DNA of 64,000 nt from Octopus vulgaris. Its lineage: Eukaryota. Each line of letters begins with the position of its first letter. The stretch's first letter is position 1. Both the position numbers and the translations under genes were made by a program. The notes under the pieces are model-generated. The model was not told the origin of the DNA. It saw nothing but the letters and a program-made list of their open reading frames with translations, and searched no databases. The stretch covers positions 26,288,001-26,352,000 of the forward strand of contig OX597838.1 in the NCBI GenBank assembly GCA_951406725.2, given 5' to 3'. Of the stretch, positions 13,581-26,152 are shown one piece after another.

Positions 13581-13840
13581 GTGAGAACACTTTGAGATAT
13601 TTTTGGTATCTAACATATGTCAGATACTGCGAGCGCTGCTTCTGATTGGTCAATCCATGGTGATGGCTCGAGGTCACGGTGACGGCACTACTTTTGTCAT
13701 TCATAAGTTACAACTAAACTAAATCAGCTGGTTTGGACAATCGAAGATTCACGAACCATTCAGCACGCAACTACCTTGTGCAGAAGCTCACTGACCAGAA
13801 CATTCCTCCAACTGAAATCATGCAGATATCTGGACATCGA
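13581..13840 (+). mobile_element. Crypton-type tyrosine-recombinase transposon remnant
   Basis: 13721-13840 translates KSAGLDNRRFTNHSARNYLVQKLTDQNIPPTEIMQISGHR: the HxxR and GH catalytic motifs of the YR/DUF3504 type. Truncated by a SINE at 13839. Confidence 0.8.
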
Positions 13841-14225
13841 GTGGCTGTGTGGTAAGAAGCTTGCTTCCCAACCACATGGTTCCAGGTTCAATCCCACTGC
13901 ATGGCACCTTGGGCAACTGTCTACTGCTACAGCCTCGAGCCGACCAAAGCCTTGTGAGTGGATTTGCTAGACGGAAACCGAAAGAAGTCCGTCATATATG
14001 TGTGCGTGTGTGTGTTTGTGTTTTTCCCCCTCTATTGCTTGACAACCGATGCTGGTGTGCTTGTGTCCCCTTAATTCAGCGGTTCGTTAAAAGAGACCGA
14101 TAGAATAAGTACTAAACTTACAAAGAATAGGTCCTGGGGTTGATTTCTTCGACTGAATACCCTTTGAGGTGGTGCTCCAGCATGGCCGCAGTCAAAGGAT
14201 TGAAATGATTGAAAGAATAAAAGAC
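13839..14225 (+). mobile_element. SINE family 1, full length
   Basis: Head GAGTGGCTGTGTGGTAAG to tail GGTGCTCCAGCATGGCCGCAGTC. Confidence 0.9.
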
Positions 14226-14659
14226 CTGGTGTCGATTTGTTCGACTAAACTCCAGTATGGCCGAGGTCCATTGACTGAAGTACGATAAAAAGATGATGAA
14301 TATTAATGAGACGGACAAGGAAAAACTTTATCAGAGAAGGTAGCACAACGACAAGAGTACCCTTTCTCAAGACTCACAAGGCATTAATCGGTCCGAGGCT
14401 AGAGTAGAAGACACTTGCCCAAAGCGCCGCGCAATGGGACTGAACCTGCAACCATGTGGATGTTGGGAAGCAAACCTCTTACCACACAGCCACGCCTGCA
14501 CCTATAATAGGATATTTTGAGATATCGAATGGCTATGAGGGCTCACCCGAGTTGAAGTGGAATCAAAAGGGTTTCTTGGCACAAAAATGGTTGAGAACCA
14601 ATGCTTAAAGCGAACTAACAAACTTTTCTTCTTCAGCTCAGTGCTTACTTTACAATATA

Positions 14660-15115
14660 GAAAACAACACCCCAAACCTGACGTTTTCAGAATTAGAGGC
14701 AGTTTTATGAACGAACCAGAACCATTTTTGAAACAAAGCTTTTATGCAGGACATTTATTGAAAAACGCTAATCAATATTGGTAGAAGCAACAAACCTTGT
14801 CCCAGTCGATGGCAAAAGCAAAATATGCTAGGACATAAAATTAAAAAAAGTCTTCTCGTCTCTTTCCAAACGACACACGTGATCACAAAAGAGAGAAAGT
14901 AAAAGCGATAAACGGAGATTGACAAAGTTATCAAACTGTGTTTGAAAATCGTTGCCAATTCTATTGCATGATGGAAATCAGGTATCGGATAAAAATAATG
15001 CAAATTCCTTTATCCAACAACACAATGCAGCTTCGATCTGCAGTGATTACTGAAGATCTAAAGGATCAGTTGATGGTGGAACTGAAGGAGACGCCATATT
15101 TTACTCTGCGTTCGC
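14660..15115 (+). mobile_element. hAT (Buster/Charlie, ZBED5-like) transposase remnant
   Basis: VIKLCLKIVANS.. then KIMQIPLSNNTMQLRSAVITEDLKDQLMVELKETPYFTLR matches LIKPC....IPLSNNTVSRRI..MSEDI..QL...LK.SP.FSLQ. A hAT-like terminus AAAATGGTTGAGAACCAATG lies at about 14585-14604. Confidence 0.8.
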
Positions 15116-15336
15116 TCTGCAGTTTACTCTTTTATTCTTTTACTTGTTTCAGTCATTGGACTGAGGCCATGCTGGAGCGCCGCCTTTAGTCGAGCAAATC
15201 GACCCCCAGGACTTATTCTTTATCAGCTTAGTACTTATTATATCGGTCTCTTTTGCTGAACCGCTAAGTTCTAAAATTTATACAGTTTTGGTTTTTTATC
15301 TCATTACAAAAATTTATATATAGATATATATTTATA

Positions 15337-15392
<56 letters not shown>

Positions 15393-15399
15393 AATAACT

Positions 15400-15605
15400 G
15401 ATTGATAAAAAGGAGAAAAAGACAAGAAAAAACAACAACGTGAGGACGTAGCACATGTAAAGTATTAATAAGACGCCCTGAGAAAGAAAAGAGTGGTTGT
15501 TTTATGCTCTGAGCATAGCTCTTCTTCGGTAACAGGAAACAGGAAAGTCCAAACGAAAAGTAAGGAGGAAAAAAGAATTGCCAACAGTCCACGTGTAGTT
15601 ACATT
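15400..15605 (-). mobile_element. Dispersed repeat (putative PLE pseudo-LTR, family A) with degenerate hammerhead
   Basis: Homologous to 25962-26152; minus strand CCGAAGA A GAGC TAT GCTC at 15498-15533. Confidence 0.6.
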
Positions 15606-16116
15606 TTAGAACGTATATATATATATATATGTGTATGTATAGGCGGAGGAGTAGCTATGTAGTAAGTAGCTTGCTTACCAACCACATGATTCCGGGTTCA
15701 GTTCCACTGCGTGGCACCTTGGGCAAGGGTCTTCAACAATAGCTTCGTGCCGACCAAAGCCTTGTGAGTGGATTTTGTAGACGGAAATGCACAAACACAC
15801 ACACATGCATGTCTATACCTGTATATATAGCCGTCTAAGAATCCATAAATCAGAAAAAAATGCACTCGTATATTTGTCAGTAGAGTGGGTATATTACTCG
15901 AAGTGTACACTATTATATATCCATTACGGCCGATCTTACCGAGCGATTTCACATTAGGGTTTCAACGGAGTGTTAGGTAACAGTCCGATTGTATAACCTT
16001 GCCTTCTTCAGAGATGGCAGCTTTGGAGATGAAATATAGATAGATAGACAGACAGACAAACTGATAGATAGATAGAAATAGAAACCGAGAGACAGACAGC
16101 CGGACAGATAAAGATA

Positions 16117-16278
16117 ATTACCCAACGTTTCACGTCCATAAAGCGTTTAGCTTTACATAAGTATCGTCAGAACCCAATAGCCGGTAGCCTATAATCCCTC
16201 TTCAAAATGGAGGGAAACGCATGCAAAGTTAAGTGCTTTATGGACGCGAAACCCTAGGTAACCCTATGAACCGGCCAT
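16117..16278. mobile_element. Inverted pair of family C hammerhead-bearing repeat arms
   Basis: GTTTCACGTCCATAAAGCGTTTAGCTTT (16127-16154) is inverted relative to AAAGTTAAGTGCTTTATGGACGCGAAAC (16225-16252); homologous to 49862-49920 and 62950-63080. Confidence 0.7.
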
Positions 16279-16354
16279 AATTATCTTTATTTAAATACTC
16301 TACTGCTCTATAACGTGGAGTATGCTTCGCTTTCTGATGTATGATTTACTGACG

Positions 16355-16411
<57 letters not shown>

Positions 16412-16977
16412 GAGTGAGTGAGGAGATAGATAGATAGATATGTCAGTTTGACAATGTAATTATCTCTCTCTCTCTCTCTCTCTCTCTCGCCAATCGTCCC
16501 TACTACTACTACTACTACTGCAGCCATGCCACAGACTCACCCCACCCACCGCACTCTGCTCGTATTCACAAATGTACTACCACTAGCACCACCACCACTA
16601 CCACCAACACCCCCTCCCGTTGTGTGCGGTCGGAAGATGGCGGAGAAGTAAACGATTTAATTAATAAATTAATTGGTTTCTTCTTTTACGTTTTTTTTGG
16701 CTAAGGATGTTTATCTTTCTCTTCTCTTGAGATTAATCGTTTCGACGACACACGACATGTGCACACGTACACACTTGCACACACACAAACACACACACAC
16801 ACACACAAACATACGCTGACACCTACAGGTACATACGCCTACCCACATACACCAAGACACACATGCACACACACCGATGCACACATTTACGCATACGAAC
16901 GTATAGACATATCTGAATAAATATATAGACAAATAGATACATACACACATACATACATACATACATATATACATACA

Positions 16978-17042
<65 letters not shown>

Positions 17043-17070
17043 TTTAAGTTTGTTTACGGGAAACGTTTAT

Positions 17071-17121
<51 letters not shown>

Positions 17122-17353
17122 TTTATATATTTATGTACACACACATATATATGTATTTCTCTGTATGCCTGTACGTATGCAAGTACACACAGTAACACAC
17201 ATACATACATTTTACACTTACGTACATAAGCATAGATGCACATATGCCTACGCGCGTACATACGTACATCATCTTTATACGCACAAAAAAATCTATTAGA
17301 AGCTTACATGTAGAGACGTATTCACAACGCACTCATAATCACATGCGCAATAC

Positions 17354-17388
<35 letters not shown>

Positions 17389-17558
17389 TATGCACATTGT
17401 CTGATGAAGACGACTCTCTGTGAGACGGTGGGTGGGGAAAAGATGCTAATCAATCAGAGATAGTGATGTAAAGTAGCAAGTAGAGGAACTTGCTGAACGA
17501 TTTCATTGTCGTCGGAACTGAGCTTAAATTACAGAAATGTTATACAGGAAACGCAAAT

Positions 17559-17608
<50 letters not shown>

Positions 17609-17624
17609 TGATGATGATAATCCT

Positions 17625-17838
17625 TTCTACTATAGGTACAAGGACTGGAATTTGTGGGGAAGGGACTAGTCGATTACATCGGCCCCCAATATTTCACTGG
17701 TACTTATTTTTTTATCCATCCCGAAAATATGAAAGGCAAAGTCGACCTCGGCGGAATTTGAACTCAGAACGTAGAGACGGGCGAAATGCCACTAAGTATT
17801 CTGCCCGGCGCAGTAACGAGTCTGCCAGGCTCGCCGCC
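17625..17838 (-). mobile_element. SINE family 2 within (AAT)n
   Basis: Reverse of GGCGGCGAGCCTGGCAGACTCG..GAGTTCAAATTCCGCCGAGG; flanked on both sides by (AAT)n. Confidence 0.85.
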
Positions 17839-17839
17839 T

Positions 17840-17899
<60 letters not shown>

Positions 17900-18661
17900 G
17901 CGGTGCCCCAGCATGGCCACAGCTTGTGAGCTGAAACTAGATAAAAAAATTTTTTTAAAATAAATAAAAATAATAATAATAATAATAATAAACCTTTAGT
18001 ATACAAAAACAAACTTTATTTTCCATCTTACTGTCGCGTTTGTTTCATTTTGAATAATAAAATTTATTTTATGGCTTACAGTTTATATTTTGAGTTACAT
18101 ATATATGGAGCACCAAAATCTTTTAAGTACTTAAGGGCCTCTGTGGGTTTTCATCCAGCCCTGGACAGAAGAGAACTGCCCGCCCTTTCTTTCCGGAAAA
18201 GATTCTTCTTTAAAGATTTAGCCGCGTATAGTGATTGAAAGAGTCATGTGACGTTTATTTACGCATGACAAAACTGTATAATTAAAAAGTGGGGCATTTA
18301 TTAAGTCCTGGAGTCGACTTCAAATTTTGAAGTTTTATATTTTTCAATTCGATAATAATAGAATTAATCTATATTTAGAAGCATTAAGCATAATTTTTAT
18401 CAACACCAGTCGACAAAAAAAAAAAGCTATTATAATCATTTATTTTTTTAATAAAGGACTTGCATATACTGCTGCTTATTCAACGAAATCTCGCTTTTAA
18501 GATGACCTGTCGGTTGACATATTGAAAATTAACAATCTCAAGAATAAATTTGATAAAACGTATCAAATTATTTCATGTAATCTATTCACTGATTAATTTT
18601 TCCATAAATGGAATTATCGTTATGCAAATAAAAATTTGCCTGAGGTCTTTATGGTGTCACT

Positions 18662-19615
18662 GTATTATTAACCGAATATTAGGCGCGAGCTGATTGAATC
18701 GTTGCCACGCCGGACAGAATGCTTAACAGCATTTCGTCCGTCCTAACGTTGTGAGTTCAAATTCCGCCGAGGTCGACTTTGACTTTCATTTTTTTCGGGG
18801 TCGATTAAATAAATACCAGTTACGCACTGGGGTCGTTGTAATCGACTTAATCCGTTTGTCTGTCCTTGTTTGTCCCTTCTGTGTTTAGCCCCTTGTGGGT
18901 AGTAAAGAAATAGGTATTATTAACTGAATATTAGGCGCGAGCTGATTGAATCGTTGCCACGCCGGACAAAATGCTTAATAGCATTTCGTCCGTCCTAACG
19001 TTGTGAGTTCAAATTCCGCCAAGGTCGACTTTGACTTTCATTTTTTCTGGGTCGATTAAATAAGTACCAGTTACGCACTGGGGTCACTGTAATCGACTTA
19101 ATCCGTTTGTCTGTCCTTGTTTGTCCCTTCTGTGTTTAGCCCCTTGTGGGTAGTAAAGAAATAGGTATTATTAACTGAATATTAGGCGCGAGCTGATTGA
19201 ATCGTTATCACGCCGGACAAAATGCTTAGTAGTATTTCGTCCGTCCTAACGTTCTGAGTTCAAATTCCGCCGAGGTCGACTTTGACTTGCATTTTTTTCG
19301 GGGCCGCTAAAATAAAGTACATGAACATTGGGGTTGATTTAATCGACTTGCCCGCTTCCCCGAAATTGCTGGCCCTGTGCCAAAATCTGAAACCCTTCTT
19401 AAGATGGCGAGCTGGCAGAATCGTTACCACGCCGAGTAAAATGCTTAGAGGCACTTCGTCAGTATTTACCTTCTGAGTTCAAATTCTGCCAAAGTCGACT
19501 TTGCCTGTCATCCTTTCGGGGTCGATAGAATAAGTACCAGTCGATTACTGATGTCCATGTAATCGATTATCACTCTCTCTCAGCATTTCAGGTCTTGTGC
19601 ATATAATGAAAAGGA
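18662..19615 (+). repeat. Tandem array of SINE family 2 (about 252-bp unit, 3 starts) plus a fourth copy
   Basis: GTATTATTAAC.GAATATTAGGCGCGAGCTG recurs at 18662, 18914 and 19165; a further head lies at about 19405. Confidence 0.9.
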
Positions 19616-19709
19616 TTATAAACCCAGAACGTAGAATTTGCTACCAACTTAGATTCGTTTCTACTCTAGGCATAAGGCCCGAAATTTTGGGGAAAGGGGC
19701 AAGGGGTTT

Positions 19710-20208
<499 letters not shown>

Positions 20209-20862
20209 TAACACCGACAAACCGATTGAAATAAAACAGAAAAGTGCATAAAAGACAGACAGGCAGTCAGGCAAACAGACATGCAGGTAGACGGGCAGAC
20301 ATACAGACAACCAGACAGACATGCAGGTAGACGGGCAGACAGACAGACAGGCAAGCAGACGGGCAGACAGACAGATAGGCAGGTAGACGGGCAGACAGAC
20401 GGACAGATAAAGGAACAATGTTTTTGTTCACTGATAGGTAAACTTCTCAAATATCGAGATAAATTCTTGCTTGATATATCGAAACTTCAAAAGACAGGAA
20501 CCTCACCATCAACCCACCTCCGCCACCACATCGCTACACCACACCACCAGCACCACCAACTCCACATTATACCATTACGCCTATAAAGTACGTTACAACC
20601 TCAGACCCCGCACCCCGCTCCCGCGATCCAACAGTCCATACAACATCACCTCATCTATCCGAGAGCCAAGGTGAACCTCGAAGTAGACATCCGACCTCCT
20701 AAAAATAACGTGGCTGGGTGGTAAATAGTTTTTCTTCCCAATGTCATGGTTCTGGGTTCAGTCCCACTGCGCGGTACCATGGGCAAGTGTTTTCCACTAT
20801 AGCCTCGAGTCGACCAAAGCCTTGTGAGTGGCTTTGGCAGACAGAAAGTGAAAGAAGACCGT

Positions 20863-20920
<58 letters not shown>

Positions 20921-20921
<1 letters not shown>

Positions 20922-21240
20922 GGTGAAGACCCCCTTCGGTCATGAATGATTGCACCTGGAGAGTTCCCGACCGAGGCACAAGTCCGAGCAAGGTTGTTTA
21001 TGAAAGACCAACAGTCGCCCATGCATACCAGCCTCCCACTCTCCACACCACCGATGTTATCCAAGGGAAAGGAACAGACCGATACGGCCTGGCACCAGTG
21101 AAGTCGCAACTCATTACTACAGCTGAGTGAACTGGAATAACATGAAATAAAGTGTCTTGCTCAAGAACACAGCACACAGCCCGGTCCTGGAATCGAACTG
21201 ACTAACCCGACTCTCTAACCACTGAGCCATGCGCCTTCAC
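20921..21240 (-). mobile_element. SINE family 3, near full length
   Basis: Minus head GTGAAGGCGCATGGCTCAGTGGTTAGAG, B box GTTCGATTCC, GTGTTCTTGAGCAAGACAC; tail shared with 52628-52765 and 53832-53965. Confidence 0.8.
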
Positions 21241-22167
21241 AATTAAAGCACATAATTGTATACATATATGCTAAGACAGATTGTAATCGTCCAAAACACC
21301 GATCGAGCGGTTACAGTCCTTCTCAGAATATACAATTACGTGCTTGAATTATAGCATGAGGGCATTTTAGCTCTTATTTCTAGCAACGTAGGTGTTCTTA
21401 CAGCCTTATTCTCACTTAATGACGATTATAGTTTTCCTTTTTGGTAACACATTGCGTATGGTTATTTATATGAATTTGTGTGTGTGTGTAAATATCTATG
21501 TGTCTCTGTCGCTCACCCTCCACCGCTTGACAACCGGTGCTGGTTTGTTTGCGTCCACGTGTCTTAACTTAGCAGTTCGGTAAAAAGATAGACATCAACA
21601 AAATAAGTACCAGACTTAGAAAATCAAAATGAAGTAATGGGGGTCGATTCGGTCAACGAAAACCCTTCAAGGTGGTGCCCCAGCATGGCCGCAGTTTAAC
21701 TGGTGACTGAAAGAAAGTGAAAGATGGAAACAAAAGTTAACAGATAAATCAGAAATCAAGAAAACAAAGTAGACTGCCACCACCACTACCACCATCATCA
21801 CCACCACAACTGCCATCATCATCGCCACAACTACCACCATCATCATCACCACCACTACTACTACCATCCTCACCACCACCACTACTATCACAACCACCAC
21901 TACACCATCACTACCACAATCACCAACAGCAACAAAAAGCACCAACATTACAACTACCGCCACCACTCCCACTACACCAACACCACTTAACCACCACCAC
22001 AGTCCTTACCACCACCAACACCATCAATATCACTACACCACCATTATCACCACCACTAACAACAACAACACTACCACCACCACCATTGCATTCCCACTTA
22101 GCACCAATATAGCACCTCTCTCTATATATGTATAACTGACGCAGGGCTTCATTTCCACACTCGCCAG

Positions 22168-22451
22168 CTTAATTCAATTCGTCCTTAGTCGAAAGACACC
22201 GGTTATGTCCTGTTATTATTTTTATTGTATTTGTATTTGTGTAACATTGTCCGTGTTTTTTTCCATCCTTCTTTTTGTATACATTCGCTGCTTTCTTCCA
22301 ATGAATCTGATGCTCTTAGCTTAGTTTTTCTTTGGAGCTGGCCAGATTGGAGCAATCTCATGTATAATCAGCCGAAATTGCGAGGATAATCTGGTGCTTG
22401 ACTGAGGAAAGAAAACTTCGAATGACCCGTCCTTGTTTTCTTTATATCGTC
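22168..22451. repeat. Unclassified dispersed repeat, about 285 bp
   Basis: Highly similar copy at 36494-36772 (CGTCCTTAGTCGAAAGACACC ... GACTGAGGAAAGAAAACTTCGAATGACCCGTCC). Confidence 0.85.
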
Positions 22452-22576
22452 AAACAACACCACAGTCACCAACACTACAACTACCGCCACCACTCCCACT
22501 ACACCAACACCACTACACCACCACCACAATGCTTACCACCACCAACACCATCAATATCACTACACCACCATTATCA

Positions 22577-22617
<41 letters not shown>

Positions 22618-22653
22618 TTACTAAAGCGACTGAGTGTGCTGACAAGCCACCCT

Positions 22654-22707
<54 letters not shown>

Positions 22708-23274
22708 CTTCCACATCTAATGTCGTCATCCACTTCGTCGGCGTCAACGTCAAATTCATAATCGCCCGCCTAAATTTCGTTATCTTCAGCCTCGATTACG
22801 CTGTCGTCTACCTCGATTTCGTCATCGTCAACTGAGATGCCGTCACTGGAAGCTGGAACGAGATGCTCTTTACGATCAGACATTGACATCAATGATTACG
22901 TGTTGCAGAATTGTACGAGAGCGTAAACATTAAAATGTTTTATAAACGATTAGCTGTTATGTAAAATAAAACTTGTCAGACTTCACATAACCGTAAATAC
23001 ATATATATACATTTAGTGCAGATGTAAAGCTAACAACTATATTGTAAACATATACGACATATAAAAAAAAACGAAGATTTAAATTTTAAAACTGGAACAT
23101 TAGTTTAACCTTTTATTCATTATTTCCATTTCTCAACTCAATATATTCCCCAAAAAAATCCTAAGACATCTTCGGTAATCAAGGTCAATTAGATATCGAT
23201 CAATATAAATATTTACTTACGTAATACATTTACAAACACGTCTATGTGTATGTGTGTATATATATCTATAATAT

Positions 23275-23500
23275 AAAATCCGTTCTGTCTGTGTGTGTGT
23301 CTTCCACCATCTCGGGCATCCTCCATCCGATTGCGCTCAAATTTGATATGTGGATACCGACGGTATCAGGGCGTGTATAAGTCTTGAAAAAATTACAAGA
23401 ATCGATTCCAGATGAGAATGCGATCGATAAAGCCGTAGGAACGTGCATTTGTACGCGCAAGTACATCAGCTATTGCGTTATTTCTTCTTTTGCTGGTATC
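23275..23500 (+). mobile_element. Non-autonomous Helitron 5' portion
   Basis: Starts A|TCTATAATATAAAA, then a (TG)-rich microsatellite and CCGATTGCGCTCAAATTTG box, the same layout as the complete Helitrons at 27317 and 52068; no 3' CTAG end seen. Confidence 0.6.
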
Positions 23501-23607
23501 TCAAATTTAGGTTAAATCAGTGTTTCTCAAAGGGGAGGCCCAGGGGAAAGTTTGGTTTAAATGTTTGACAACTCAGCCCCGTCCATTGGACGGGGGTCGA
23601 TTTGCTC

Positions 23608-23646
<39 letters not shown>

Positions 23647-23698
23647 CACAAACACACACACACACACATACATACATACATACATACACACACACACA

Positions 23699-23917
23699 CG
23701 AAGAGATGCTGAAAAATTTCTGGCTTTAGGTAAAACGAAATACCGGAGGATCGGTTCGTTAATTAAACCTTTATTCAACATATTCCCCTCTCAGATTCAC
23801 ACACTTATTGCAGTGGTCCTTCAGTTTTTCTAAGCCCTGTAAAAGAAGTTGGAAGATTAGGCCTCCAACCAAGCCTTTCGCGACACCTTTAAACCCGGGA
23901 ACTTTGCAGTACCTTCG
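23699..23917 (+). mobile_element. Mariner MITE copy
   Basis: Homologous to 229-447; encodes reverse KDHCNKCVNLRGEYVE*. Confidence 0.8.
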
Positions 23918-24710
23918 TGTATGTATTCGCTGACAAATTTTTTCGCTTTGTAAGGGTAATTTACCTAATGTTTCTACAGTTCTTTCGGCATCTCTGCGTT
24001 CGAAATTAAATTATCAGCTTATTTGTATTTTTATATACACATTTCGGCGCTTATGAAAAAAAACAACAAATGTTAGTTTGTTTACATACATACATACATA
24101 TATATATATATACGTGTGTATGTGTGTGTGAGTGTGTAGATATATATATATATATATACATGTACACAAGCGCACGTATACTGGGGGTGTATACATATAC
24201 CATATGTAGACACCCCCACACAAACAAATGCGTATAAATACAAAAGTATGTGCAACATATGAGTATACAATATATACACAGATTCACATATACACAGTAA
24301 GGTGTGCGTAGGTACGTGTTTCACAAAACTATCATATACATACATATATATGTGTGTGTGTATGTATGTACGTACGTATATATATATGTGTGTATGTATT
24401 TATGTATATATATGTATGCAAATATATATATTACACGCATACAAATTACACATATGTACGAACACACACTATATATGTGTGTGTGCATATATAAGTATGT
24501 ATATATATATTTGCGTGTATATATATATGTATGTGTGTGTATATATATGTGTGTGTATATACATGTGTGTGTATATGCGTTGTGCATATATATATACATA
24601 TATATACATATATATATACGTATATATATATATACAGACATATATATATACATATACATACATACACACAAACATTATTCACGCATACCTAAGTACACAT
24701 ATGTACAAAT

Positions 24711-24741
<31 letters not shown>

Positions 24742-24760
24742 CATGTACGTATAAGGGTTT

Positions 24761-24816
<56 letters not shown>

Positions 24817-25961
24817 ATATATGTACATATATATATATGTATATATATGTATTTATATGTATATATATATGTATATATATATATACATATGTGTATGTGT
24901 ACATATATATATATACACATATATATATACATATATGTATGCATGTGTGTTTGTATGTATGTATAAAAAGCAATGATATTTCTCATTTCTATATGTCAGG
25001 CTTATCTTGTGCTTCTGACTAAGACTTTGGTTATCTTACTCCGCGCCCTTCTCCTCCTCCTCCTCCTCCTCCTCTCCTTCCATCTGACGTCCTACAACTC
25101 CTTTTCTCCCGCCTCCGCCACCATTTATTAAATACTCTCCTTCCAGATCTCATCCCGTGTCATCCAATTTCCTTCCCCATCTTTTTCACTCTCCCCTCTT
25201 CATTATCTTCTCGTTCTCACGCTTTTTTCTCTCATCCTTTTTCACTTTCTCTCTTTCTCTCTCCTTCTCTCTCTCTACCCTCTGTCACTCTCTCTCTCTC
25301 TCTCTCTCTCGCCCTTTCTCCCTCCCCTACTCACTGTAAATTACCTTTCGTTTTTTCTCGCTTCTGTTCTCCTCTAACATTTACCGCACACAATGCGTTT
25401 GGCATTGTCTATGAATAAACACACATATGTACTTATAAACACACATACATACATACATATACATACATAAATGTGTGTGTGTGTGTATGTATAAACAGAT
25501 GTTTATATCTTGTATATGTATGCATGTATGTACGTATGTATGTATGTATGCATGTATGTATGCATGTATGTATATATGCATGTATGTATATATGTATGCA
25601 TGCATGTATGTATGTGCAGATTTGTGTGTTTTATGTATGTCTTTTCATGCATATAGTTGCATGTCTAGACATGCTCATATATATTTCAATGATAAACTTC
25701 TGGAAAGTTTTACAGATTTTTACAGTTCCTTTGATGAATTGGATCTGTAGTCTTCGAATTAGCTTTCTTCTTTCTGGTTTTGAGAATCTTAATTTCTCAA
25801 GATTGGTGTTTAGGCAGTGTGTTACTTATCCCAGGGCCCCACTAATTACAAGAGCACACCTGAACTTGTATGTATGTATGTATGTATGTATGTATGTATG
25901 TATGTATGTATGTATGTATGTATGTATGTATGTATGTATGAATGAATGTATGTATAGTTAA

Positions 25962-26152
25962 TACAAACATGAACAAAGAGAAAACACAACAACGCGAGGT
26001 TGTGGAACAAGTATAGTGTTATTGGATGCTCAGGAAAGGAAAGAAAGAACTTAACGTTTCGAGCGGAGCTCTTCGTCAGAAACATAGAAAAAAGAAAGGT
26101 CCAAGGAAGGGAAGACGGAGAAAGAAAATCGCCAACGATACACACGCAGTCA
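25962..26152 (-). mobile_element. Dispersed repeat (family A, putative PLE pseudo-LTR)
   Basis: Homologous to 15400-15605; follows (TATG)n; contains a hammerhead core. Confidence 0.65.
26049..26083 (-). ncRNA. Minimal type-I hammerhead ribozyme motif, core intact
   Basis: Minus strand GUUU CUGACGA A GAGC-UCC-GCUC GAAAC GUU AAGU: core, 4-bp stem II, palindromic AACGUU stem III, short stem I. Confidence 0.7.

Noticed and set aside
16630-16652. CGGAAGATGGCGG YY1/start-codon-like motif
   Set aside because: ORF stops after four codons; no splice donor or promoter support
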